A stretch of DNA of 64,000 nucleotides, from positions 3,336,175-3,400,174 of the forward strand of contig OZ244235.1 of assembly GCA_965217095.1 (NCBI GenBank), written 5' to 3'. Origin of the DNA: Candidatus Latescibacterota bacterium (GTDB taxonomy: Bacteria > Latescibacterota > UBA2968 > UBA8231). Of the stretch, positions 56,356-64,000 are shown one piece after another. Below the pieces are notes generated by a model that searched no databases, was not told the DNA's origin, and saw nothing but the letters and a program-made list of their open reading frames with translations. A program made the position numbers and the translations under genes. Within the stretch, counting starts at the first letter, position 1. Each line of letters opens with the position of its first letter.

Positions 56356-58323
56356 GTGGCACGCATTACCCTCTCGATCGTGCTCGTTCTCCTTTTCGCT
56401 GGAACTCCCATCCGGGCTCACAACGGCTCGACTGCGCTTGCGTATCCAGTGCCTGCTGTCGATATCGACGGAGACCTCTCCGACTGGCCGGCGTCGCTTC
56501 CTTCCTACCGGCTCAACTCTGTTAGCGCAACCTCGCTCGAGGACTCAGCCGATTTTCAGGGCCAGTTCCGCATCGGGTACAATAGTGTTCATAACGCATT
56601 GTTTGTAAGCCTTGAGATCGAGGATGATGTGACTGTTCTCGATCTGCCAAATGCGCGCGTCCGCATGAGGGATAGCGGTGGATTCGCTCTGCTGCCAGTC
56701 CATTCGGCTGCGCCTGCTGAACATTTCGGTGTTTGGGACGATTCCACACGGCCTTTCATGGGATTTCCCACCAAGCAAGTTGAGAAACGGTTTGTGCAAT
56801 GCGCGGTTCGAAGAGAAGAAGGTCGCCACTCCTACGAATGGAAGCTGGATGTAGCTGGCCTCGACATGGGCCAGATCGAACCGAACAAGGTCTGGTCACT
56901 TGCCGTCGTCGTAGTCGATGCAGATGGAGACCAGCGAGATTCCGTTTCCTTCATCAGTTGGGGAAAAGCGTCGGAGGGTTACGGGTACAGCTTGGTCGGA
57001 GATATCTTGTTGGTGCCGAAAACCGAGCCATTCGGAACGATTGAAGGGCAGGTCGCCTGGACGGACGACGAGGGTGAGGCACCGCCGCGGCAGGTGCGCA
57101 TCGTATCGGAAGCCGACTCATCCTTTCACATCCGGACAGTCACGGACCGCAACGGCTGTTTCATGGCTGCGCTGCCGGCCGGTTCGTACGCAGTAGCTGT
57201 TGAAGATTTCAGGATGGCACATGGGCTGCCCATATCGGCTCGAGTACAGGCTGGACAGACAGTGTCGCTCGGAGTGCACGAAGCCGCGCGCATCATCCCA
57301 TCCACCTACCATAGAGAGCCAGCAGATCTGCAGAGCGTACATCGCGGTGTCTGCTGGGAAGCAGGGGGCAACGATCTTACGGAATACCACATGGTGCCGC
57401 TGGTGCAAAGCGGCGTCGAGTGGATCTCGCAAACTACCTTTGGTTGGCAGTCCAAACACAATTCTCCGGAAATCAGGCCCAACCGGAGTGGTGGAGGGGA
57501 GAGTGATCGCGGTATTGCCGATGTGAGCCGGTTGGCGAAGAGGTTCGGCATTCGCACCATGCTCAAGCCGCACATCTGGTTGGGTCGAGGCGCCTGGCGC
57601 GGTGACATTGCCATGGACAGCGAAGAGGATTGGCAAGAATGGTTTAGTCAGTACCGGAGCTTCATACTTCGGTACGCGCGACTCGCCGATCGCGAGGGCA
57701 TCGAAGTCCTGTGCATCGGCACCGAGCTGCGTCGCGCGGCAGTAGAGCGGGAGGCGGACTGGCGCAAGCTCATCGCCGAGATCCGTGCTGTGTACAACGG
57801 AAAGCTCATCTATGCGGCCAATTGGTACAAAGAGTTCGAGGAGGTCGCCTTCTGGGACGAGCTGGACTACATCGGCATCCAGGCGTATTTCCCCCTTGTT
57901 GAGAAAGAACGATTCGATGTCTCTAAGTGGACTGGCGGAGAGCGCATCTCCTCGGTTGAAGACCTGAGCCGTGGATGGGACAAGCACGTGGAAGCCATCG
58001 CGCGGATCCACGAGAAGTTTCGGAAACCGGTCATCATCACTGAGATCGGCTACCACAGCACGATCGATGCGGCAGTGCAGCCCTGGGAATGGAAGATCAG
58101 TGACCTAGACGCAACTTTTGAGGAAGGATTGCGAACCCAGACGAACTGCTATGAGGCTTTTCTAAAGGTATTTTGGGGAAGAGAATTTTTCGCCGGCGTC
58201 TATTTCTGGAAGTGGCATCCGTACCATCACGATGCAGGCGGGTCGCAGGACCGGGACTATACACCTCAGAACAAGCCGGCGGAGCTGGTGATGCGACGAT
58301 GGTACCAGCGGTTTGTTGATTAA
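56356..58323 (+). CDS. Secreted protein with N-terminal beta-sandwich region(s) and a C-terminal TIM-barrel glycoside-hydrolase-like domain (GH5/GH113-like)
   Basis: I chose the GTG at 56356 as the start (MARITLSIVLVLLFAGTPIRA signal peptide); the track ORF begins inside the IS at 56074. C-terminal ..VLCIGTELR..YAANWY..GIQAYFPL..VIITEIGYHS.. resembles retaining (beta/alpha)8 hydrolases, with glutamates in NW-E-type and TEIGY contexts. Confidence 0.4.
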   Translation: MARITLSIVLVLLFAGTPIRAHNGSTALAYPVPAVDIDGDLSDWPASLPSYRLNSVSATSLEDSADFQGQFRIGYNSVHNALFVSLEIEDDVTVLDLPNARVRMRDSGGFALLPVHSAAPAEHFGVWDDSTRPFMGFPTKQVEKRFVQCAVRREEGRHSYEWKLDVAGLDMGQIEPNKVWSLAVVVVDADGDQRDSVSFISWGKASEGYGYSLVGDILLVPKTEPFGTIEGQVAWTDDEGEAPPRQVRIVSEADSSFHIRTVTDRNGCFMAALPAGSYAVAVEDFRMAHGLPISARVQAGQTVSLGVHEAARIIPSTYHREPADLQSVHRGVCWEAGGNDLTEYHMVPLVQSGVEWISQTTFGWQSKHNSPEIRPNRSGGGESDRGIADVSRLAKRFGIRTMLKPHIWLGRGAWRGDIAMDSEEDWQEWFSQYRSFILRYARLADREGIEVLCIGTELRRAAVEREADWRKLIAEIRAVYNGKLIYAANWYKEFEEVAFWDELDYIGIQAYFPLVEKERFDVSKWTGGERISSVEDLSRGWDKHVEAIARIHEKFRKPVIITEIGYHSTIDAAVQPWEWKISDLDATFEEGLRTQTNCYEAFLKVFWGREFFAGVYFWKWHPYHHDAGGSQDRDYTPQNKPAELVMRRWYQRFVD

Positions 58324-58406
58324 AAAGCGTTGTCGTTTATTGCACCGATGTTCAGTGCAACTATACGGTCGTCCAAGATGATCGTGCTCGAGGAAGGAGA
58401 CCGCAC

Positions 58407-59300
58407 GTGACACCGGATGCTTTGGTACACGCACTGACCGAAGAGGAGCGAATTCACTTCGAGGAACAGGGCCACCTCTACATAGAAAACGCACTCACCG
58501 ACGATCAGGTGGAAGGTTTGAAATCTGCCGTCGACAGACTCAACCGGAGTGCCATCGACGCCGGTACCACAGAAAAAGGCAAACCGTGGGGCAAAGCCGA
58601 CATAATCGGGCAGGACGACGCCTTTCTCGACCTCGTGGACAACCCCAGAGTTCTTCCCAAAGTCTGGGGCATCCTGGGGTGGAACATCTATCTGTATCAT
58701 TCGCATCTGCACATCAAACCCCCAGCTGCTCCTGACGCGGAAGAGGGAGAAGGCTGGATGGAGTTCCATCAGGACAGCGGCCGTGTCAACCTCGAGCAGC
58801 GGACGTTTCCGCAAGCCCGCCTCTCCCTCAAGGTCGCCTACCATTTGACAGACGTCTCGGAACCAGGACGCGGCAACTTCTACATCATTCCGGGCAGTCA
58901 CCTATCCCCGGACATCCCGATCTCCTCCGAAATCGGCCGAGACCCCGCAGAGGCGCCGTCCGAGGGTGTCCCTGAAAATGCCGTTCCCGTCTGCGCCGAA
59001 CCCGGAACCGCGGTCCTGTTCGATCGCCGGCTGTGGCACGGCCGCAGCGCCAACCACTCCCAACTCACGCGCAAGGCGCTGTTCTTCGGATACGGCTACC
59101 GCTGGATCCGGCCGAAGGATCCGATCACCGTGGATCACATCATGGATCGTCTCGACCCGATTCAGCGCCAGCTCCTAGGTGCACAATCAAGCCCAAACGG
59201 TGTTTACGTCCCCAAGGATGAGGATGTCCCGCTGCGCTCGTGGTTGGTGGAGCAGCTCGGTGAGGAGGCTGTTGTGGAAATGGATCGGGTGACGGGGTAG
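58407..59300 (+). CDS. PhyH family Fe(II)/2OG dioxygenase, paralog 5
   Basis: 297 aa: ..EEQGHLYIENALTDDQV..WMEFHQDSGRV..VLFDRRLWHGRSAN. Confidence 0.65.
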   Translation: MTPDALVHALTEEERIHFEEQGHLYIENALTDDQVEGLKSAVDRLNRSAIDAGTTEKGKPWGKADIIGQDDAFLDLVDNPRVLPKVWGILGWNIYLYHSHLHIKPPAAPDAEEGEGWMEFHQDSGRVNLEQRTFPQARLSLKVAYHLTDVSEPGRGNFYIIPGSHLSPDIPISSEIGRDPAEAPSEGVPENAVPVCAEPGTAVLFDRRLWHGRSANHSQLTRKALFFGYGYRWIRPKDPITVDHIMDRLDPIQRQLLGAQSSPNGVYVPKDEDVPLRSWLVEQLGEEAVVEMDRVTG

Positions 59301-59302
59301 TC

Positions 59303-60331
59303 ATGCGACGAATAATGCCGGTATGGACGATCTTCGTATTTCTCGCGCCTGAAGGGGATAGCCATGCACAGTCGATCGAAGAACAGATCGAAGCCGAAAT
59401 TTCGCGTCTGCGGCCGCTGATGGATACCACCCGGGCCGGCTCCAAAGCGGTTCGCAACTTTACGAAATCGGCTTTCGTGAACATGCAGAAAACCGATGAG
59501 TACTTGAAAGCCGGCTCGCTCTATTTGAGCCTTGCCCGCATGGGAGCGGCGCGTCATGGCGAACAGGCTGCCGTCTACATGCAAAACGCAGAGAAACGCA
59601 CTGCGGGCAAAGGGGTTGAAGGGTTCAGGGAGGAGACCGATGCGCTGCAATCGATATTGGAGAATCAGGAAAGGGCTTTCGAGGATGTGCCGCGGAGCGA
59701 GGTTCCTGCTATCGTAGAAGCGTACATCGAAAAGAGTCGATCCGAAGCCTGGAAGCATTACTACCTGAGGCAACACATGGGCGCAAAGGGTCTGTACATG
59801 TTCGGGGCAAGCAAGGCCTCGATGGATCTGGCTCTTTTTACCCTCGGTTTCAGGTTTGGGCAGATCAAGCCGCCGCCAAGCCTGGCGCCGCTCGAAGAGT
59901 CTTTGTCTCCGTTCGAGGCGAGGGTGGTTGAAGCGTATGTAGATCCGGAGTTCGGCGTGGAAGAAAAGAAGGTAAGATACAACAATTTCCTGCTAGCCAA
60001 TGTGTCCATAAAAGAAGCACGGAAACTCGACAAGAAGCGATATCTCTTTGCCGCGTTGCTAGCGTACCTTGAAGCGCGCAAGCTGTTCGCCATGATTGAG
60101 CAGCCGGAACCGGAGTCGGAAACTCTGGCCAAGCTGTTGGAGCGAAACGTCGCCCTGGCCGACGAGCTGGCTGCAGCAGAAATCGATCACAGTCTGGGAT
60201 TATACCTCCTGGAAACCGCTCGGGACGAGGGCCAACGCGCCGCGGAAGATTCGACGGCCGGCCGCAAGGCGGTCGTCATCATGGAGGTCGTGTTGCCACA
60301 TTATCTCGAACTTACAGAGGGAGCAAACTGA
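59303..60331 (+). CDS. Secreted hypothetical protein (342 aa, mostly alpha-helical)
   Basis: Signal-peptide-like N-terminus MRRIMPVWTIFVFLAPEGDSHA. No recognised domain. Confidence 0.4.
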   Translation: MRRIMPVWTIFVFLAPEGDSHAQSIEEQIEAEISRLRPLMDTTRAGSKAVRNFTKSAFVNMQKTDEYLKAGSLYLSLARMGAARHGEQAAVYMQNAEKRTAGKGVEGFREETDALQSILENQERAFEDVPRSEVPAIVEAYIEKSRSEAWKHYYLRQHMGAKGLYMFGASKASMDLALFTLGFRFGQIKPPPSLAPLEESLSPFEARVVEAYVDPEFGVEEKKVRYNNFLLANVSIKEARKLDKKRYLFAALLAYLEARKLFAMIEQPEPESETLAKLLERNVALADELAAAEIDHSLGLYLLETARDEGQRAAEDSTAGRKAVVIMEVVLPHYLELTEGAN

Positions 60332-60729
60332 TGAGACGGACGACTGCGATTTTTCTGTCGCTAAGTGCCGTGTTGATGCCTCCGGTGTTATCAGCCTCTC
60401 CGGGGTTGGACAAGGAGGTCACCATAACCCTCATCCGCTGGACCGGCTTGTGAAGTCTCTCCGACCCGGCAAGTTTGCTGATCAAGGATGTTATCAAGGA
60501 TTACGGCGAACAGGTTCGAATGGTGACCGAGGACATGGGAGAATCGGACATCGCCAACCGTTACGGCGTCAAGAGTTACCCGGCCGTTTTCGTAAACGAA
60601 GCGTTGATCGCACAGCCTAAGGATTTCTATTTCTACAAGGCCGGTGGGGGTGAAGACACGGGCAAGTATACGCCGTGGGAGGAGCCGGGACGCCACGCTA
60701 AATTCCAGGAGGAGCTCCGGCGCAGATGA
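60331..60729 (+). CDS. Small secreted thioredoxin-fold (redoxin-like) protein interrupted by an in-frame TGA at 60451-60453; candidate selenoprotein (W-T-G-L-U motif) or pseudogene
   Basis: MRRTTAIFLSLSAVLMPPVLSASPGLDKEVTITLIRWTGL-TGA-SLSDP...ANRYGVKSYPAVFVNEALIA. The W-T-G-L-x segment aligns with the W-C-G-P-C motif of thioredoxins, and the TGA falls at the second-Cys position. ..YGVKSYPAVFV.. matches the Trx-fold cis-Pro region. A TlpA-like redoxin gene follows with a 4-nt overlap. Confidence 0.4.
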
Positions 60730-61199
60730 TCGAGATTGCGTTGAAGGGAGATCGTCTACCCGAAGGTGTAACGGTCGCGGACGATCAGCTAACTAAGATG
60801 CCCGAGTTTTCGGTGAAGAATTTGGAGGGCGAGACGGTCACGTCCAGCGATCTGAAAGGCAAGATCGCGATCGTCGAATTCTGGGCTACCTGGTGTCCCC
60901 CGTGCCGAGTGACCATGCAACGCCTGGGCGCATTGACGCAGCAGTATGGCGACGACGTGCAGGTCGTGGCCATCGCGGTCGAATCCAGGGAAGAAGACGT
61001 CAGGAAGTTTGTAAAAGAGCTGGACCACCCAGTGCCCACGGTCCTGGGCACCGACGATCTGGTTGTGGCATTCGGGAATCTGGGTATGGTGCCGACGTTG
61101 TACATTTTCGACCGAAATGGCAAGACCGCTGCGGTCTTCTACGGTGCCCCGGACGATCTTCACGACAAGATCAATGAGTCGGTGGCCGTGCTTCGTTAG
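60726..61199 (+). CDS. TlpA/ResA-like thiol-disulfide oxidoreductase (redoxin family, CxxC)
   Basis: 157 aa: ..KGKIAIVEFWATWCPPCRVTM..VVAIAVESREEDVRKFV..MVPTLYIFDRNGK.. Confidence 0.75.
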   Translation: MIEIALKGDRLPEGVTVADDQLTKMPEFSVKNLEGETVTSSDLKGKIAIVEFWATWCPPCRVTMQRLGALTQQYGDDVQVVAIAVESREEDVRKFVKELDHPVPTVLGTDDLVVAFGNLGMVPTLYIFDRNGKTAAVFYGAPDDLHDKINESVAVLR

Positions 61200-61517
61200 T
61201 AAGTGAGATCGGCGGTGGCGAAATGGCGCTGCAGCCGGCGATAGAGGACGAAGTGTGTCGCCAGCGCGACGGCGACAACCGCCAAAATCTGGCCGGCTTG
61301 CGAAAAGTGCGGGGCCAACCCCGCCCAGTGCATGCTGACGTAGGCTATCAATGCTGCAAGGCCCACCTGGGACACGATCATCGCGGCTTTCTGCAACGTG
61401 ACGCTACGGAGAGACAGCAATTGCGGCAGGTAACACACTGCGATTATCTGCACCAGAGGCGTTGTAGAGCGCGAATCTGGGTGTATGGTGCCGACGTTGT
61501 ACATTTTCGACCGAAAT
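61077..61517. repeat. Near-exact 43-45 bp direct repeat (gaatctgggt[gt]atggtgccgacgttgtacattttcgaccgaaat) present inside the TlpA-like gene (61077-61119) and again inside the convergent membrane-protein gene (61473-61517), the second copy flanked by 8-bp TAGAGCGC repeats (61465-61472, 61521-61528)
   Basis: Direct sequence comparison. The copies differ by a 2-nt gt indel. Confidence 0.7.
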
Positions 61518-61699
61518 AGATAGAGCGCCGCCAGGGGATAGATGACGGGCGGAACGACGGACCAGACCAGTGTTTTGCCAAGGGCCAGGGAACACAGAAG
61601 GATTGCCACATAGAATGCGATAAGGATCAGAGAAACGTAACGCGCATTGGAGCGCGTACAGTACCAAAACCTGATCCGTGATTGCCGAAAGCGGGACAA
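61196..61699 (-). CDS. Hypothetical integral membrane protein (167 aa) carrying the 45-bp repeat copy
   Basis: Hydrophobic helices (..YVSLILIAFYVAILLCSLALG.., ..VIYPLAALYLF.., ..QVGLAALIAYVSMHWAGLAP.., ..ILAVVAVALATHFVLY..). Confidence 0.35.
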   Translation of the reverse strand: MSRFRQSRIRFWYCTRSNARYVSLILIAFYVAILLCSLALGKTLVWSVVPPVIYPLAALYLFRSKMYNVGTIHPDSRSTTPLVQIIAVCYLPQLLSLRSVTLQKAAMIVSQVGLAALIAYVSMHWAGLAPHFSQAGQILAVVAVALATHFVLYRRLQRHFATADLTY

Positions 61700-61771
61700 C
61701 GGATAGAGAAAATTGGGACGCAGGTCAGCGAGGCGGTCTCGGCTTGCTCAGCCTGCCCAACGACGGGGCCA

Positions 61772-64000
61772 TCAAGAACCCTTGGTAGGCTCGTCCGGCC
61801 AATATCTGGCCAGAATTGCTTCTGCCTCGGCAACGTGCAACCCGCGGGTTATCATGGTTCGAAGATCGCCGGCTACCCCGCTCTTTTCTGCTTCAGCTAC
61901 CCCGAAGTCTCGCAGAATCCGGCGATAGGTCGTGAAGGCGTTCGCTGGCTGACCAGCTCCAAGATAAAGCCGGCTCAGCGTCAAATAGGTGTCAATTTGT
62001 TCGGAACCCAGGCGGTCAGCCATCTGAAAGGCCTGCAACGCACCTGCCCGGTCACCCTGCTCCAGTTCTAGCCCTCCCAGGTTGTGATAGAACAGTGCTT
62101 GATCGGGCTGTAGTCGAATAGCGTGTCTGTAGGCCTGTTCCGCATCGGTCAAGCGGCCCGAGGCTCGCAGGGCAGTTCCGTAGTCCACCTAAATACCTGG
62201 ATTCCCCGGATCCAACTGAATGGCGCGTCCGAAGGAGGCAATCGCCTGATCGAGGCTGCCGCTCTTATGATAGATTAGACCTAGCTCGTAGTGTATCTCC
62301 GCCGTAGGCTTTATTTCCAGCGCTCGTTCCACAGCCTGAATTGCACCGCGCCTGTTCCCCGTCGCGTCGTACGCGTGGGCCAGTCTTTCGTAGGTCTTAT
62401 ACAGCCGCTCCAGGCCCAGTGTCGACTTGGCGCCGCTGAGATAGCCGGAACTCAGCCGCTTGCTTGTACGCTTGGTCTGCCAGCTCTGGTTGCTGATTGC
62501 TTGCATAGATGTTTCCGGCGAGATAGTGATTGTTAAAACTGATCGGGTTGAACCTGAGACATTGTTGCAAAGCCGAGATCGCGCTTTCCGGCTCCCCTGC
62601 TCTGAAGTACGCATCACCAAGCTCGAGATACTTGGAGGGATCCCTTGGTCTGATTCTCGTATCCGAGAGGCGCCGATCCAGTTCAGAGGGACGACGATAT
62701 TTTTCGAAGTCGATCAGGTGTTCGTATTTACCCCAATTCATGCGCCATATCTCAAGCCATCGCTTTGGATCCCACAGGTCGCCCTGGGTGATGTGGCAGA
62801 GCTTGTCGTAGAAAACCGCCAGATTTTCGTCGGCAATCAGATTCTTGCCGTGAATGTGGGATTCGATGTAACCTTCCGGCATGATGCGGCTGAAATGGCC
62901 GGGCCCCCACTCCGGATCCTCTCGCGCCGGCAACCGCGCTAACAGTGGCTCCACCAAAGCGATAGCATCGATAGTGTGCATCTGCGGTCCCCCGTAGAAA
63001 CAGGCATATCCAACGTTCATCCAGGTCGTTACAACGGTGATCTCCTCGCGTGTCACTGGCGCAACCAGGAATCCTTCAGCAGCACCGTAGCGTCCGCTCT
63101 TCTTGACGGTAATCGACCGCGAATTTCTGTTTGCTTCCCTGCCTCGAGCGGCGTACCAGTGGTCGGGGAATTCTTCTTCTCCAGCCCGTTCCAACGCCTT
63201 CAAGAGCCCCGCGTTCTGGTAGTAAATTCCGCGCTCATCATTGACACCCCGCATTCCGTTTAGATCGTTGCGCCCTAGGCCATAGTCCGACCCACTGAGC
63301 AAGGGAGGATAGGGGCAGGCGAATCCTAGCAGGAGTACGGCTGTGAATGCAATACATCGGCGCCGTGTGGAATCGAGGCGGAGGTTGTAGGCAATGATGA
63401 CCGTTGCGACAAAGAAGGGCGCGGCCAGAAACCGTCCACTCATAAAGTCCCCTCCAACCCTGACGACGTAGAGTAGATAGAGCAAAATTCCTAGCGCTGC
63501 GGGTATCTGCCACCTAGTTTTCATTACCAAGGGCACGGCGATTCCAATGAGCGCCGTGACCAGGGTAAGGGGATCTCGCTGGATGGAATCGAGCAGGTAG
63601 TGGAGTCCCTGCACGGCCAACTCGAAGACCGGAATTCCCGTATTTAGTTTGGCGTAGGCGGTGTTTGGAAAGAGGAATCCGTAATAGAAGAGAGAGAACA
63701 TCTCCCACAGAATCAGTGGCGTAAATCCTGCCATAGAAAGGCAACATGCCTTCAGATTCCTCGTCTTCCATGCTGCGTACACCAGCGGTGGGGCAAAGAA
63801 GAGGATCGTATCCATCCTGTTGAGCGTGCCCAACGCTGCTAACAGGGACATCCAGAAGAGAGTTTTCTGATCGATGTTCCCACGCAGATAGATGGCCAGG
63901 AAGAGAACTAGGATCGCATGGGTGAGTGGATTCTCCAGTCCCGACGTTGAGAAGTCGATGAACGCCCGGGAAGAAAGAAGCAGGGCAACTCCTAGCCTGA
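61772..64000 (-). CDS. Second GT-C-like multi-TM plus TPR-repeat protein; N-terminus beyond the window end; C-terminal TPR region carries a frameshift (~62420-62460) and an in-frame TAG (62189-62191)
   Basis: The track ORF 62397-63851 begins ..MSLLAALGTLNRMD.. but the frame stays open upstream to 64000 (..LGVALLLSSRAFIDFSTSGLENPLTHAILVLFLAIYLRGNIDQKTLFW). The TPR units continue in 62189-62620 (..LGLERLYKTYERLAHAYDATGNRRGAIQAVERALEIKPTAEIHYELGLIYHKSGSLDQAIASFGRAIQLDPGNPGI-TAG-) and in the same frame into 61772-62188 (VDYGTALRASGRLTDAEQAYRHAIRLQPDQALFYHNLG..). Confidence 0.45.

Noticed and set aside
52590-60453. UGA read as a sense codon genome-wide (genetic code 4 or 25) to explain the two in-frame TGAs
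   Set aside because: Many genes in the window (HDOD regulator, SBP, P-loop copy 2, UxaE, porin, Amt-kinase fusion and others) terminate with TGA exactly where homologs end. UGA is therefore a normal stop here. A local explanation (mutation, error or selenocysteine) is needed.

Overview
This 64 kb window is high-GC (roughly 60-65% by eye) and looks like a chromosomal segment of a Gram-negative, polysaccharide- and uronic-acid-degrading bacterium, probably from a metagenome assembly. An outer-membrane porin and T9SS-like sorting domains support the Gram-negative call. Gene density is high.

Recognisable content:
- Sugar and uronate catabolism: GH29 alpha-L-fucosidase, mannonate dehydratase UxuA, a Zn-ADH, a UxaE-like epimerase, a lactonase, an HpcH aldolase, aldo/keto reductase, Gfo/Idh/MocA and SDR oxidoreductases, two PmoA-like DUF6807 proteins, and two or three secreted glycoside-hydrolase-like proteins.
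- Five PhyH-family Fe(II)/2OG dioxygenase paralogs.
- Three paralogs of an uncharacterised P-loop NTPase; two of them sit in a tandem duplication with a visible junction.
- A large UPF0182 membrane protein.
- An ammonium-transporter/sensor-kinase/receiver hybrid.
- A gamma-glutamyltransferase.
- Two membrane proteins with a GT-C-like N-terminal part and C-terminal TPR repeats; one lies in a markedly lower-GC patch.

Three insertion sequences are present:
- An IS1380-family element has split a PEP-utilising enzyme gene. It is flanked by a 4-bp CTAG duplication, and the reading frames on either side are continuous across the junction.
- Two near-identical IS1595-family copies each carry their own target-site duplication. 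One clipped the 3' end of a PEP/pyruvate-binding gene; the other truncated a response regulator.

The window carries an unusually high density of coding lesions: at least seven frameshifts and three in-frame stop codons. One in-frame TGA lies at the invariant Trp of the Amt GIWG motif. Another lies at the second position of a thioredoxin-like W-T-G-L-x motif, which makes it a selenoprotein candidate. I cannot tell assembly indel errors from genuine pseudogenisation using the sequence alone.

I found no CRISPR array, rRNA or convincing tRNA gene, and no phage or classical defence island.
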